A program made the position numbers and the translations under genes. DNA of 64,000 nucleotides from Chiloscyllium plagiosum (Eukaryota), in the NCBI RefSeq assembly GCF_004010195.1, contig NC_057719.1:52506608-52570607 (forward strand). The letters run 5' to 3'. The number at the start of each line of letters is the position of its first letter. The first letter of the stretch is position 1. Shown piece after piece: positions 14,577 to 27,076 of the stretch. The notes beneath the pieces are model-generated. The model was not told where the DNA came from. It saw only the letters and a program-made list of their open reading frames with translations, and did not search any database.

Positions 14577-14900
14577 AGACATGGTGGCTCAGTGGCTAGC
14601 ATTGCTGCCTTGCAGTACCTGGAGGCCAGGTTCAATTCCAGCCTCGGGTGACTGTCTGTGTGGAGTTTGCACATTCTCCCCATGTCGGCATGAGTTTCCT
14701 CCCACAGTCTAAAAATGTGCAGGTAAAATGGATTGGCCATGCTAAATTGCACTTCGTGCTTAATGAAGTGTAGGCTTGATGGATTAGCAGCCATTGTTAT
14801 CCCTGCAGTCTTACAGGGTTGGGTCTGGGTGGAATGCTCTTTGGAGGGTGAGTGTGGACTCACTGGGCCAAAAGGCCTGATTCCACACTGTAGAGACTCT
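14577..14900 (+). mobile_element. HE1-type V-SINE, older diverged copy
   Basis: ggtggctcagtggctagc head, ggttcaattcc B box, V-domain, gggccaaaaggcctgattccacactgta tail. Confidence 0.85.
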
Positions 14901-15440
14901 TTGTTTTCAGAGTTTGAAAATGATTTTATTACTGAGAAAGAAACATCACCCGAGAAATAAAACAAATGAATATAAATAACATAATTTTCTAGATTGCTTC
15001 ATCCAAGGAGGAATATGAATGTTGTGGAGATCTATCTTTTTTCATCTCTTACTGTTTAACATACTAAAACGTATGGCCTCAATTTGCAGTTTACTGCAAT
15101 CATATTTATAAACCAAATTGTGAGAAAACTGATAATACATTAACTCAGGCAGCTCATCCTAATTGAAATGTGGGGTTGGAACTGGAATAGCTACACATTT
15201 TATTTCATTTAAATCTCCACCAGATTTATTTGTTTCATATGATTGCTTTCTGATATTTAAAGAAACCATTATACTAGAACTCTTGTTTTCTGGGACTGTA
15301 TAAATCAATTAGCTTTGTACCGTGTTATTTGATTTAAACCTTTTATAATGGGGATTGTATCCAATCCATTAATATTCTGCACAAGGCTGATGCAGATCTG
15401 CAGAAGCACTGGGCAAGAACATTGAATATCAACAAAATAA

Positions 15441-15612
15441 CAGGTCAAAGCAAATCACTGTGGATGCTGGAATCTGAAACCAAAAGAGAAAATGCTGGAA
15501 AATCTCAGCAGGTCTGGCAGCTTCTGTAAGGAGAGAAAAGAGCTGATGTTTCGAGTCTAACTGACCCTTTGTCAAAGCTCAGTCAATGCTGCCAGACCTG
15601 CTGAGATTTTCT
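15441..15612 (-). mobile_element. pLTR-derived mini-element with hammerhead-like core
   Basis: 10 bp TSD aacaaaataa (15431-15440 / 15613-15622); partial internal inverted repeat; minus strand reads GAGCU-UUGACAA-A-GGGUC-AGUUA-GACUC-GAAAC-AUC-AGCUC. Confidence 0.75.
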
Positions 15613-16299
15613 AACAAAATAATGGGTCCTTTTAAGGATTAAAAAAGCATAAAGAGATGTTAATAACTACACTTTAATGAAAACTTGAATCATTCTGAAA
15701 TTGGGAAGTTCAGAATCCATGGGTGGAATTTAATTTAGACGAGGGACATCTCGCCCACCAACTGAAGGCCAGTTGGGAGGCAGGCGAAATGTTCTTTGAG
15801 GAAGATCCACCACATTAATAATGTCAAAACTCCTGCAATAGATAACTCAATGCCCCTCTGCCTTCTCACAGAATGGCTGACTATCAGACTGTAAGCTCCT
15901 CATGACCATCTACACTGGAAGGAGAGTGGTGGTAGCTGCTAGCAATACATCAATCAGCATCCCAGGATTAATGGAAAACCCAGGCCAAAACTAAGTAAAT
16001 ACAGCATGGTAGTCCTGGGTGCACATTACTAGCTGGGGTGTGGAAGGAGACTTCAGGATAGTGGGCAGTGGGTTTGGAGTTTGTAGTACCCCATTCCCAA
16101 TGCTGAGTACTTCTGTCTCTGCATACTAGGGAATGGTCTTTCAGGAGTCTTCTGTGGGGTTTGTTTCTTTGGCCTCCCCACATGATGACTGCTCCACTGC
16201 TGTGGAATGAAAATTAGCATTAACAAGGTTAGAGCCTTCGGCTGATATTGATTATACTTTACCGTGGGGATGGAAGGCCGTCCATGAGTCTTTTCACTC

Positions 16300-17233
16300 T
16301 AGATGCGAGCATAAGAGGCACAGTTAGTAAGTTTGCAGATGACACCAAAATTGGAGGTGTAGTGGACAGGGAAGAGGATTACCTCAGATTACAACAGGAT
16401 CTTGACCAGATGGGCCAATGGGCTGAGAAATGGCAGATGGAGTTTAATTCAGATAAATGCGAGGTGCTGCATTTTGGGAAAGCAAATCTTAGGAGGACTT
16501 ATACATTTAATCGTAAGGTCCTAGAGAGTGTTGCTGATCAAAGAGACCTTGGAATGCAGGTTCATAGCTCCTTGAAAGTGGAGTCGCAGGTTGATAGGAT
16601 AGTGAAGAAGGCATTTGGTATGCTTTCTTATATTGGTCAGAGTATTGAGTACAGGGGTTGCGAGGTCATGTTGCGGTTGTACAGGACATTGGTTAGGCCA
16701 CTGTTGGAATATTGCTTGCAATCTGGCCTCCTTCCTATCGGAAAGATGTTGTGAAACTTGAAAGGGTTCAGAAAAGATTTACAAGGATGTTGCCAGGGTT
16801 AGAGGAATTGAGCTGGTGGGAGAGGCTGAACAGGCTGGGGCTGTTTTCCCTGGAGCATCGGAGACTGAGGGGTGACCTTATAGAGGTTTACAAAATTATG
16901 AGGGGCATGGATAGGGTAGATAGACAAAGTATTTTCCCTGGGATCAGGGAGTCCAGAACTAGAGGGCATAGGTTTAGGGTGAGAGGGGAAAGATATAAAA
17001 AGGATCTCAGGGGCAGCTTTTTCATGCAGAAGGTAGTACGTATATGGAATGAGCTGTCAGAGGAAGTGGTGGAGGCTGGTACAATTGCAACATTTAAGAG
17101 GCATTTGGATGGATTTGGAGGGATATAGGCCAGATGCTGGCAGGTGGGACAAGATTGGGTTGGGATACCTGGTCAGCATGGACGGGTTGGGCTGAAGGGT
17201 CTGTTTCCATGCTGTACATCTCTATGACTCTAT
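16300..17233 (+). mobile_element. CR1/HER1-type LINE, 5'-truncated (RT C-terminus and 3' UTR)
   Basis: KFADDTKIGG...QWAEKWQMEFN...YRTLVRPLLEY, frameshift, LERVQKRFTRML; ends in a ctctatgactctat tail. Confidence 0.95.
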
Positions 17234-19129
17234 ATAATCAGATTAGAGACAGGAAATCATCAGTTTCCACACTCTGTAGTCTCTCACTGTCACCAGCAAC
17301 CTCCCTCAAGCTCTTCCCACCTCCTAACTCACTTTGGGGAGAGTGCAAAATTCCATACTTTGTGCATGACCTTAGTCACAGCAATATGCTACATGACAGT
17401 GAATGTTATGAACAGGAATACTGATGGTAGCAACACAGTACAACAGATGTCAACAATCTCGATCCATACAGCATTACTGGCTCAGCCTACTTGTAATGTG
17501 GGGCAATGCGGTTGTGCAGTTTATTGAAGTTCCTGTGCGTTTCACTCTTATAGTAATTAAGCAACCATTTCTACCCATAACTTCCTGTTAAGGTAGATTC
17601 TAGATTGAGACAGAGTGAGAGATGACAGCCTGGAAATGTCTAATTACATAGAGGAAAATCAGAAAATCATTGAAAATAACCAAATAATTATTTACAGTAA
17701 CTAATGCTCATTGATCAAAAACTAAACTAACCCACTTTAAATACTCTAGATCTTAACTGACTAATGTTCAAGAAATTAGTTAGAATACCAAAGAAATACA
17801 TTCATTGATTTACTAAGATACAGTAGTTTAAGCAATATGTCAGGATTGGAGCAAATGGGTTTTTGGGAAAAATGAGAATAAGGTATTTTGAGATATTTTG
17901 TCACCAAATCGTTGAGCTGGAATCAGACCCAGAACTTCCTTAGAGTGATGGAGCCACAGATGTCTACAGCATGGAAACAGGTCATTCAGCCAAACTTGCC
18001 AATGCAGCCTAGTTTTCACAATTAAACAAGTCCCATTTGCCTGCGTTTGTGGAGGTGGAGGAGGTGGTGGAGGTGGAGTAGTTATAGAATTATTCATCCC
18101 AGAGAATAGTCAAACAACAGTGAAAAGCACAAGGGCAGGAAAGTGACAACATGACTGGCTAACTGGGTGAGAGATATTAGGAGAACTTGTGAAGCAAGAC
18201 CAACCGGCATAAAATATGCTGTGTGAAAAGAAATAATAAGGTTGGGGATAGGTTTGCCAGAATGATGACCAAGTTATCATGGAGTAGAACATGAAGAAGA
18301 AGATGGGAAAAGTAGAAATGTTGTCATTATTGGGGTTCTATAATTATGAGGATTAATAATGTTCATTCATAATGCTTTTAGGTTATAATTCTCAAAGGGT
18401 ATGTTCCTACCCAATCCCAAATAAAAGACATTATCATTCAGCTAGATCAGAATCTGGGGAAATGGAAGGCAGGATCCAGTTGTCCCTGGTTGGATAAACA
18501 ATATAGGAAAGATTAAAGAAATGAGTTTGATAAGGCAGTAGCAGGAATAAGTAGGGAAATTATAAGGCAAGGACTTATGGGATTACTACCTGAGCCACGG
18601 AAATCAGGTGCTAAACTATTCCCAACTTCAAAGTCTGAGTGGATGCCTGGCAGGTGAATCATACTGGTTGCTTCTCTGGGCCTCCATGTTCACCTTCACA
18701 CATCACATCTCATGGCATGCTCCATGGGTAACAAACCCCTCCACCTTTCATCAGCAGAGGTCAACATCAGCAAAACACCGGTATTAAGGCCAATCTTGAC
18801 ACTCAGCAATTCAGTAATGTACTATAGAGCTCAATGACACCTGAAAAAGCTATGCCTCTGCCAGATCATGATGCACACAGAGACACACACACATCTCTCA
18901 CAACTGCACAGGATCTCAGGCATCTTAGATTGTTCTCTTAATGCTCACTTACTTTGTGTTTGCTCCATAATGTTGAGTTCTTCCAGATCTTCCTGTACAT
19001 TAACATCTTATCAGTGGATTGATGATAGAAAGTTTGTGGTTCATCCTGTTACATTATTTCCACTTCCAGCTCTTCATCCTGAACATGGAATTAACTAACC
19101 ATTATATGCTGAAACTTTTACATTTATAG

Positions 19130-19185
19130 GTTTCATCGTGGCTTCCGATGTCTGTGGTTACATGTTTCGTAGAGTTTATTGGATG
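19130..19185 (+). CDS. Candidate internal exon (56 nt) of an unidentified gene
   Basis: Acceptor aaacttttacatttatag; weak donor gtatat; 3 CpGs in a CpG-poor context; two open frames (xFIVASDVCGYMFRRVYWM or VSSWLPMSVVTCFVEFIG). Confidence 0.35.
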
Positions 19186-19264
19186 GTATATTCGCCCTTG
19201 TGTCAACTTTAGCCAATAACAAAGAATGACTAGTTTCTGAGGATAGATAATTTGAATTTTTGCA

Positions 19265-19680
19265 AGGGTTCGAGGGTTTGAGCTATAGGGGGAGGCTGAA
19301 TAGGCTGGGGCTGTTTTGGGTGGAGTGTCAGAGGCTGAGGCGTGACCTTATAGATATTTATAAAATCATGAGGGGCATGGATAGGGTAAATAGATAAGGT
19401 ATTTTCCCAAGGGTGGGGGAATCCAGAACTAGAGACCATAGGTTTAGGGTGAGAGGGGAAAAATTTAAAAGGGACCTAAGAGACAACTGTTTCATGCAGA
19501 GGGTGGTGCCAGAGGAAGTAGTGAAGGCTGGTACAATTGCAACATTTAAAAGACATTTGGCTGGGTATTTGAATAGGAAGGGTTTAAAGGGATATGGACC
19601 AAGTGCTATCAGATATCTAGTCAGCATGGACGAGTTGGTCCGAAGGGTTCTGTTTCCATGCTGCACATCTCTATGACTTG
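19265..19680 (+). mobile_element. CR1/HER1-type LINE 3' fragment
   Basis: SRTRDHRFRVRGEKFKRDL..., same family as 16300-17233, with ctctatgact tail. Confidence 0.9.
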
Positions 19681-19719
19681 AGGACTCTATATGTGTGACA
19701 ATATTAATGTCTTCCATGA

Positions 19720-20200
19720 GATTGACAGTGTGAAACATGTGTTCATCATTCTTTGGCTCATTGTGTGCCAATTCAGATTTTGGTTTGTTGATCGCTTTGT
19801 GTATGCACCTCTGGAGGAATACCAGGTGGACTTTACTATAGCTTGAAAGTACTCCTTGCGTGTGGTCTGTTTGGATTGCTGCAGAGCGTTTTGTAGCAGC
19901 ATCTAGTGCACTGCACCTGCCAATGACTTTTTCTGACAAGTCTCTTGCAAAATTAATTGAAAGCACATAATTTCGTGGGTACAAAGAAAAGGTGACACTT
20001 TCTACTATTTTTGCTACATTTGGGTGTTCTAGTGACTGTGTCTCTATCAAGTTTCTCCATAGTACTTGCACATTTTGTCCACCTGTGAGGAGCACTCCGA
20101 CTTACATTCATCCTTCAGTAGGTCTTCATTGCTATAAGCCTTCAGTTTGCCCTGGAAATCTTTCTGGAAAGCTTTCGAAGGAATGGATGCAATCATTAGC
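19720..20200 (-). mobile_element. Possible decayed hAT-type transposase C-terminal remnant
   Basis: LKAYSNEDL...LWRNLIETQSLEHPNVAKIVES...IQTDHTQGVLSS loosely resembles the hAT dimerisation region (YPNxxKL...IKTDxRxxL); core CERGFS motif not preserved. Confidence 0.3.
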
Positions 20201-21429
20201 ACAATTCTATTTGCTAGTTCAAATCTGAAAGATCTCATTTTCAACCATTTTCTCTGTATCCGCTAATGAAGTGGGTTATGGATGTTGTAGGAATCTGCCT
20301 AAATAACATGACTTCTAGTAAATGAATATGCAAGTTTAATATACTTCTGAATTGGTTTTCTAATGTGGTCCATAGCATTTATAGATCTTGGCTATTAATG
20401 TTAACATGTTAAGTCTGCGTAGACCTTCATTTCCAATTGCAAAACAAATCTTTATGGATTACTTTTCTCCATCAGGAACCAGGTTGAGAAACTATAGTTT
20501 GGAATACTAGTAAACATTTTAAATTCCATTAAGAAGTTTGCTGGTCCCAATGCAAACCGGAGAGTATTGTTTATCTTTCTCATATGAGTTAAACTCTTTC
20601 AAGACAAAGACTTGTCTGCCTACAAGTAAATTTTGCACTTTAATATGATACCAGACTATCAACCATGTGCTCTACCTGTAGATTAACTTGCATGTTGATA
20701 GTTCAAGCACAGTAGCCTTCATCACTTTCCACCATTGTTCACCATGTTATTATTGACTATGAATTAATAACCAGTCGCTCATCAGGGATTAATTAACTGT
20801 GCATTACCTTATGAAAAACATTAAAACACATGTAAGTTATAAAGCCAACATTACAGTAAGTAGATTATTTTCTGTGTGCTCAGCTTGACAACCCAAAGCA
20901 GACCAATCCCAACAATGGCATGAAGAGTTGCAATGTTGTATGCTCACAAGGCATAGAGTCCTTAAAAGCGAACTCTCCTAAAAATAAGGAATGCATGCAA
21001 CAGTAGAGATCGCAGCACATTCGGGTTCAAGATAAGGTTTTGAGATTGACATAAATAAGACAGATTTGATGGTAAATTATTCAAAGTGCAAAAGAAGAAT
21101 AAAAATGTCTTTCCAAGGAAGATTAATTAAGGGAAAATCTGCTAAAATACAATATTTGAATCCACTAAATTGTCAAAGTCCAATATATATTACACAGGCT
21201 AACTGAGTTCATTCAAAGATATATTTTAATATTCACCATAGGTAAGACTGTGATTTGGTTTGGATGAGGTTGATTTTGAAATTACAATTAATTTGGCTTC
21301 AGTGTATACTGATCGTGCAGGATTTCCTTGTAAGTACCAAATTCTGTTTATATTATGAACAATAAATGCAAACTAACATAATGAACAGGAGTTCTGTGAG
21401 ATTATGCCTTTTTTCATTTCAAGCCTGTT

Positions 21430-22290
21430 CTGCCAGTCAGTGGGATCATGGTTTGTCCAACATTCCTCATGGCCACTTCCTGTCCTTTCTCTATAACCCT
21501 TGATTCCCTGATATATCATGATGGGCGTTAATGTGTACCTCAACTCCCTTTGTGCTGCAGCTTTCTGCAGTTTTTCTCCATTTAAACAATACCTTCCTTC
21601 CTTCCAAAATGAGCAACTTCGCATTTTCCCACATTCCATTCCATTTACCCTATTACTTAACCATCAATATCTCTCTGTAAAATTGCATGCAACTTGTTTT
21701 CCAACTAGTATTGTGTTGTCTGCAAATTTGGCTCACAATATATTCACTTCCTTCCTGTAAGACATGAATATATATTGTAAACAGTTGCCGTCCCAGCACT
21801 AATCCCTGTGGAACTTCTCTAGTCATGGGTCATCAACCTGAAATAAAAACCTCATTCCCACATGTCCATGAGCCAATTCTTTATTCACACCAATGTACTA
21901 CTCCAACAATGTGTGCTTTTATCTTATGACTTAACCTTTTGTGTGAAAATTTCTTGAATGCTTTCTGGAAGTCCAAATACAACACGGATACTTATTCCCT
22001 TGGTTGACACTTCCTCAAAAAAAACTCTTAAGAAATTAGTCAGATACGTTTTTCCTCTCTTTGATAAGATTATGATTTTCCAAATGTTCTGCTGTTACTT
22101 CCTTAATTAATTCCAATTCTTTTCCAACAATAGATGTTAGGTTAATTGGTCTGTAATTACCCACTTTGTGTATCCCTTTCTTTTTAAATCGGGGTATCAC
22201 ATTGGCAGATGTCCAATTCTCTGGAAATTCTCCAGTGAGTTTTGGAAATTTACAGCCAATATATCCACTATTTCTATAGCTACCTGTTTT
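21430..22290 (-). mobile_element. Old CR1-type LINE RT fragment with internal deletions
   Basis: gtctgcaaattt (reverse complement of KFAD), ccctgtggaac (VPQG), gctttctggaagtccaa (LDFQKA). Confidence 0.75.
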
Positions 22291-22304
22291 AGGACCTAGG
22301 ACTA

Positions 22305-23640
22305 GGCCAGCATTTATTGCCCATCCATAAGTGCCATTGAGAAGGTGGTGGTGACCGATGTTTTAAATTGCAATAGCCTTTGAGATACAGGTACCCCTCC
22401 TCCCCCAACAATGTTGATAGGGAGCCATTTCCATTATTGTAACCCAATAACACTAAAAGCACCACAATATAGTTCCAATCATGATGGTGTGTGGCTTGGA
22501 TAGGAACTTACAAATGATGGTGACAATAAATGGTGGTGACACTATGCACCTGCTACCCTTGTTGTTCTAGGTGGTAGATATCACAGGTTTCCATGGTGCT
22601 GTTGAAGAATATCTTGTAGTATATCTTGTAGATGATACAGACTGTGTATCAGTAGAGATGTGAATGATGTTGAAGCTGGTGAATAGAGTGTTAATTAAAT
22701 AGCTACTTTGGACTGAATGGTATCATAAGCTGCTTGAGTGTTGTTGAAGCTGTACCCAAACAGGCGAGTAGGACATGTTCTACCACACCCCTGACTTGTG
22801 GATTTTAGAGTGTAAAAAGGAAATGGGGATATGGGAGGTGAAATACTCTTGCAGAATTCATTGACTCTGACCTGCTCTTGTGGCCATGGTATTTACTTGG
22901 CTGGTCCATTGCAATTTCTGGGCGAATGTGAGGACTGCAAATACTGGAGATTAGAATCGAGAATGTGATGCTGGAAAAGTACAGCAGGTCAGGCAACATC
23001 TGAGGTGCAGGAAAATTGACATTTCACGCAAAGGCCTTTCATCAGGAATTTCTGGTCAATTGATGTACCCGAGATGTTGATAGTGTGGTGTGTGTGTGTG
23101 GGGGGGGGTGGGGTTTATTGAAAGTCAAGGTGATATGTGAAGAAGCTGTCCCATTAGAGATGGTCATTGTTTGGTAATTGTGATTCAAGAATTTATCAGC
23201 CCAAGTTTGAATATTGTCCTGGTCTTCTTGTACATGTACATGGACTAATTCTGAGGAGTCGCAAAAGATGCTGAGCATTATGTAATCATCAGTGAAAATC
23301 CCCAGTTCAACATTTTGATGGAAAGAAGGTCATTGAAGAAGAAGCTGAAGATAATTGGGCTCAAAACATTACCCTGAGGAAGCCTGCAGTGATGGTCTAC
23401 ATCTGAGATGATTGACCTCCAATAACCACAATCATGTTATTTTATGCTAGATATCATTCCAACAATTGGAGAGAATTTCCCCAATTCCCATTGAGTCCAG
23501 TTTTGCAAAGGTTCATTAAAGGCACATTTGGTCAAATACTTGATCTCAAAGGCATTCACTCTGATCTGATTTACAGATTAGATCTTTTTGGCTAAGATGA
23601 GGTCTGGAGCTGAGTGGCCCTGACAGAACCCAGGCTGTGA
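22305..23640 (-). mobile_element. CR1-clade LINE (family B), 5'-truncated
   Basis: 3' end gccagcatttattgcccatcc; QEDQDNIQTWADKF in ORF 23042-23278; RT motifs in reverse complement (ccctgagga, gcaaaggt, tctcaaaggc). Confidence 0.75.
22922..23046 (-). mobile_element. pLTR-derived mini-element inserted in the family B LINE
   Basis: 9 bp TSD aatttctgg (22913-22921 / 23047-23055); minus strand begins cctgatgaaaggcctttgcgtgaaatgtc (hammerhead core with decayed stem II). Confidence 0.8.
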
Positions 23641-24153
23641 AGTTAAAACTAACACAACTTTGACTGTAATCTGCAAATTTACCAACTTCCTACAACCTAT
23701 CAGGTATTGTACTCTGGATTGGAACAGTTTATTACATAAAAATCTATTATCTTGTGGTACTTCTGATCCTTTTGCCAATCACTTAAAACTTTATTCTCTG
23801 ATTACTGACTCTTTGCCATTGCAACTGATTCCCACTATTTCACATATAATTCCTTCAAATTGGAATGAAGATATCAGAGAAAGAAGACCAGAGAAGTGCT
23901 GAAGATGATTATGGAGAAAGGGAATGAACTGTTTGTCACCAATAATGGTTGGTGATTGCAAAGGTTATGAAACCATCAAGAGATAATAAAGTCAGTTGTC
24001 TGCATTCTATGTGCTCTACAGCTTTCCCTTCCTTCCGCAGTTTAATTGCTTACCTTAAAATTTCTCAAGGAAAAACAAATACCGTTTTTTTTGCAATTCC
24101 AACAAATTCCCTTTGATTTTTCAGAATTATATATTGACAATGCATCAATAATT

Positions 24154-24271
24154 TAAGTTAACAATCACATAACACCAGGTTATAGTCCACAGGCTTATTT
24201 GGAAGTATATAACCTGGTGTTGTGTGATTTTTAACTTTTTCCATCTCAGTCCAACATTGGCACCTCCTCCT
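24154..24271. mobile_element. Fold-back pLTR mini-element (second family)
   Basis: aagttaacaatcacataacaccaggttata / tataacctggtgttgtgtgatttttaactt inverted arms; 11 bp TSD catcaataatt (24143-24153 / 24272-24282). Confidence 0.75.
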
Positions 24272-24749
24272 CATCAATAATTAAAAATCACTTTTCATGT
24301 TATATGTTATATGTTATATGTTCTTACAATTAATGCCAGAAGCACACAGCATTTTCCTATCTGTATCTGTTATTACACATTTCCTTCTTTTCGTTCCACT
24401 ACCTGTTACATGTGCTCTGTCCGCTCACCTCTCTGTGACATAAGAATTTGCAAAACTCTGAAAGATGTATCTCAGGTGTGACTCAGCAGTTGTTGTGATA
24501 TGATATTTCACTGGTCAGGAGCTTTCTGATATCAATCAGTGCATGGGCCAAATTGTACGATGTCCCAAGTCCAACTGATTTTTGGCATTCTATGAGATGT
24601 TGTAATCACTGAATCCTGACTTATTTTTCCTTTGTTCTTTTATGATATGTGGGCATGACTGGCAGGGGCAACATTTATTGCCCATCCCTAATCATTCTTC
24701 AGCTCAACCATTTCAGAGGGCAGTTAAGGTCAACCACATTGCTTTGAGT

Positions 24750-25010
24750 CATAGAGATGTACAGCACGCAAACGGACCTTTCTTTCCAACTTCAGTCCAT
24801 GCCAATGAGGTATTCTAAATTACTATAGTCCCATTTGCCAGCATTTAGCCCATATGCTCTGAGCCTTTCCTATTCATGTGCCCATCTGATGCCTTTTAAT
24901 TGTACCAGCCTCCACCACTTCCTCTAGCAGCTTGTTGCATACGCACACTACCCTCAGCATGAGAAAATTGCCCCTTAGGTCCTTTTTATATCTTTCTGCT
25001 CTCACCCTAA
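24750..25010 (-). mobile_element. CR1/HER1-type LINE 3' fragment
   Basis: catagagatgtacagcac...tgtaccagcctccaccacttcctct is the reverse complement of the 16300 family 3' end. Confidence 0.85.
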
Positions 25011-25579
25011 AAATACCAACTTAATCAAATATGTGCTTACTTTCTGCATGTATATATTTAGGAATATACCTGCCTTTCTTATGAATAAGTAAACCAAAGC
25101 ACTCTAATTCAACTGTCAAAAAACCTTGGTTAAAAATATCATTTTTTTTTATTCTTTGCAAGACAGGACAAAATTAAAATGCATACAGACACTATTTTGT
25201 TCACTCCTTCCCTCTTCACCTCGTAAGTACTGTGTCTTACAAATAACATCAATTATAACAATGTCGATATTTTCAAGAGCTCGCTGTAATTAAGGCAGTT
25301 GAGAATTGCAGAACAAGATCCCACGAAAAGTAATGACATGAATGACCAGATAACTTGGTTTTTGGATGTTATTAGCCGAAGACAAAATGTTAACCATTCC
25401 TGGAATATTACCATCATCACCTGAGTATAATGCCAGGTACAGGCAGTTTACTTCAACTAATTTATTCTTTTTTAAACATCTCAATTATTACTAATATCAT
25501 TTTCACTTCCATTCTGAATTTAACAAAGGACAAAAAAATGAAGGTTTAGCAACATGTAATCAATATTTTCTCCTTTTCA

Positions 25580-26720
25580 TAGGAACATGGAAAAGGGAAT
25601 AGGCAATTCAGCCATCAGCATGATTAAGCTTTCAATAACACGATGACTTATTGAACACTTCATTGCCCTTTCGCCCACATTATCCCTGTAATTTTATACT
25701 ACATTGGTAATCAAAAATGTATCAATATCTATGTTAAATATGCTCAAAGCATGAACTTGCACAGTTCTCACGGTAAAGAATTCCAAAGATTCACAACCCT
25801 CTGAAAAAACATGTTTTCTCATCTTAGTCCTAAGTGGCATCTCCTTATTTGTAGATTGTGTCTCCCTAGCTGTAGATTCCCTTACCAGGGGGACATCTTA
25901 TCTATATTTTCCCTACTTATCTTGTAAATAATTTGTAAGTTTCACGGAAATTCTAGTGGCTACAAACCTAGTTTGCCCAAACAAAAAAACTGCAGATGCT
26001 GGACTCTAAGGTAAACAAGCAGGAGGCTGGAAGAACACAGCAAGGCAGGCAGCATCAGGAGGTGGAGAAGTCAATGTTTAAGGTGTAATCCTTTTTCAGG
26101 ACTCTATACCTCCTCTGGCAGCTTGTACCATGCATTCACAAAACCTCTGTGCGAAAACCTTGCCCCTCAGGTCCTTTTAATCTTCACCCCTCACCTGAGA
26201 CATATGCCCTCTAGTTATGGACTTCCCTATCCTCAGGAAAATACCTTGCCTATTCTCCTTATCTATGCTCCTCATGATTTTATGAACCTCTATAAAGTCA
26301 CCCCTCAGCTTCCTACGCTCCAAGGAAAAAGGTTATAGTCTATCCAAGCTCTCCTTATAACTTAAATCCTCCAGTCGCGGTAACTTCCTTGAAAATCTTT
26401 TTTGCATCTGGTTTAGTAATTTCCTTCCTATGGTAGGGTGACTAGAATTATATGCAGTAATCCAAATGTGGCCTAGCCAATGCCTTGTACAGCTGTAACA
26501 TGATCTTGCCACACCTGTACTCAATGGTCTGACCGATGAAGGCAAGTGTGCCAAACACATTCTTCACAACTCTGTCTACCTGTGATGCCACTTTCAAGAA
26601 ACTATGTTCCAGCACTCAAGGTCTCTCTGTTTCACAACATTGCCCAAGGCACTTCTATTAAGTCCTGCCCTCGTTTGTCTCACAAAAATGCAACACTTCA
26701 CCTCCTGACAAAATTAAATC
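25580..26720 (-). mobile_element. Cluster of CR1-type 3' fragments (25580-25980, 26105-26720) separated by a pLTR mini-element (25981-26103)
   Basis: CR1 reverse-complement motifs (cctcatgatttt...aagtcacccctcag; QKRFSRKLPRLEDLSYKESLDRL); central piece ctgcagatgctgga...ggcagcatc...ttttcagg. Confidence 0.75.
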
Positions 26721-26759
26721 AATCCCCAACAGTGCAAGCAAATCAGCCAGCAAGGGTAT

Positions 26760-27076
26760 AGATTAGATTAGATTACATTACAATGTGGAAACAGGCCCTT
26801 CGGCCCAACAAGTCCACACCGACCCGCCGAAGCGCAACCCACCCATACCCCTACATTTACCCCTTACCTAACACTACGGGCAATTTAGCATGGCCAATTC
26901 ACCTGACCCTGCACATCTTTGGACTGTGGGAGGAAACCGGAGCACCCGGAGGAAACCCACGCAGACACGGGGAGAACGTGCAAACTCCACACAGTCAGTC
27001 GCCTGAGTCGGGAATTGAACCCGGGTCTCTGGCGCTGTGAGGCAACAGTGCTAACCACTATGCCACCGTGCCGCCC
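26760..27076 (-). mobile_element. HE1-type V-SINE, full length, young
   Basis: Near-identical reverse complement of 9946-10245, CpG-rich, with (tctaa)n-type tail. Confidence 0.95.

Noticed and set aside
15356..15443. Exon-like ADADLQKHWARTLNINKIT segment
   Set aside because: Its apparent donor is created by the junction of a TSD-flanked insertion.
18049..18080. Poly-proline ORF segment
   Set aside because: It is a (gga/ggt)n microsatellite next to a short CR1 tail.
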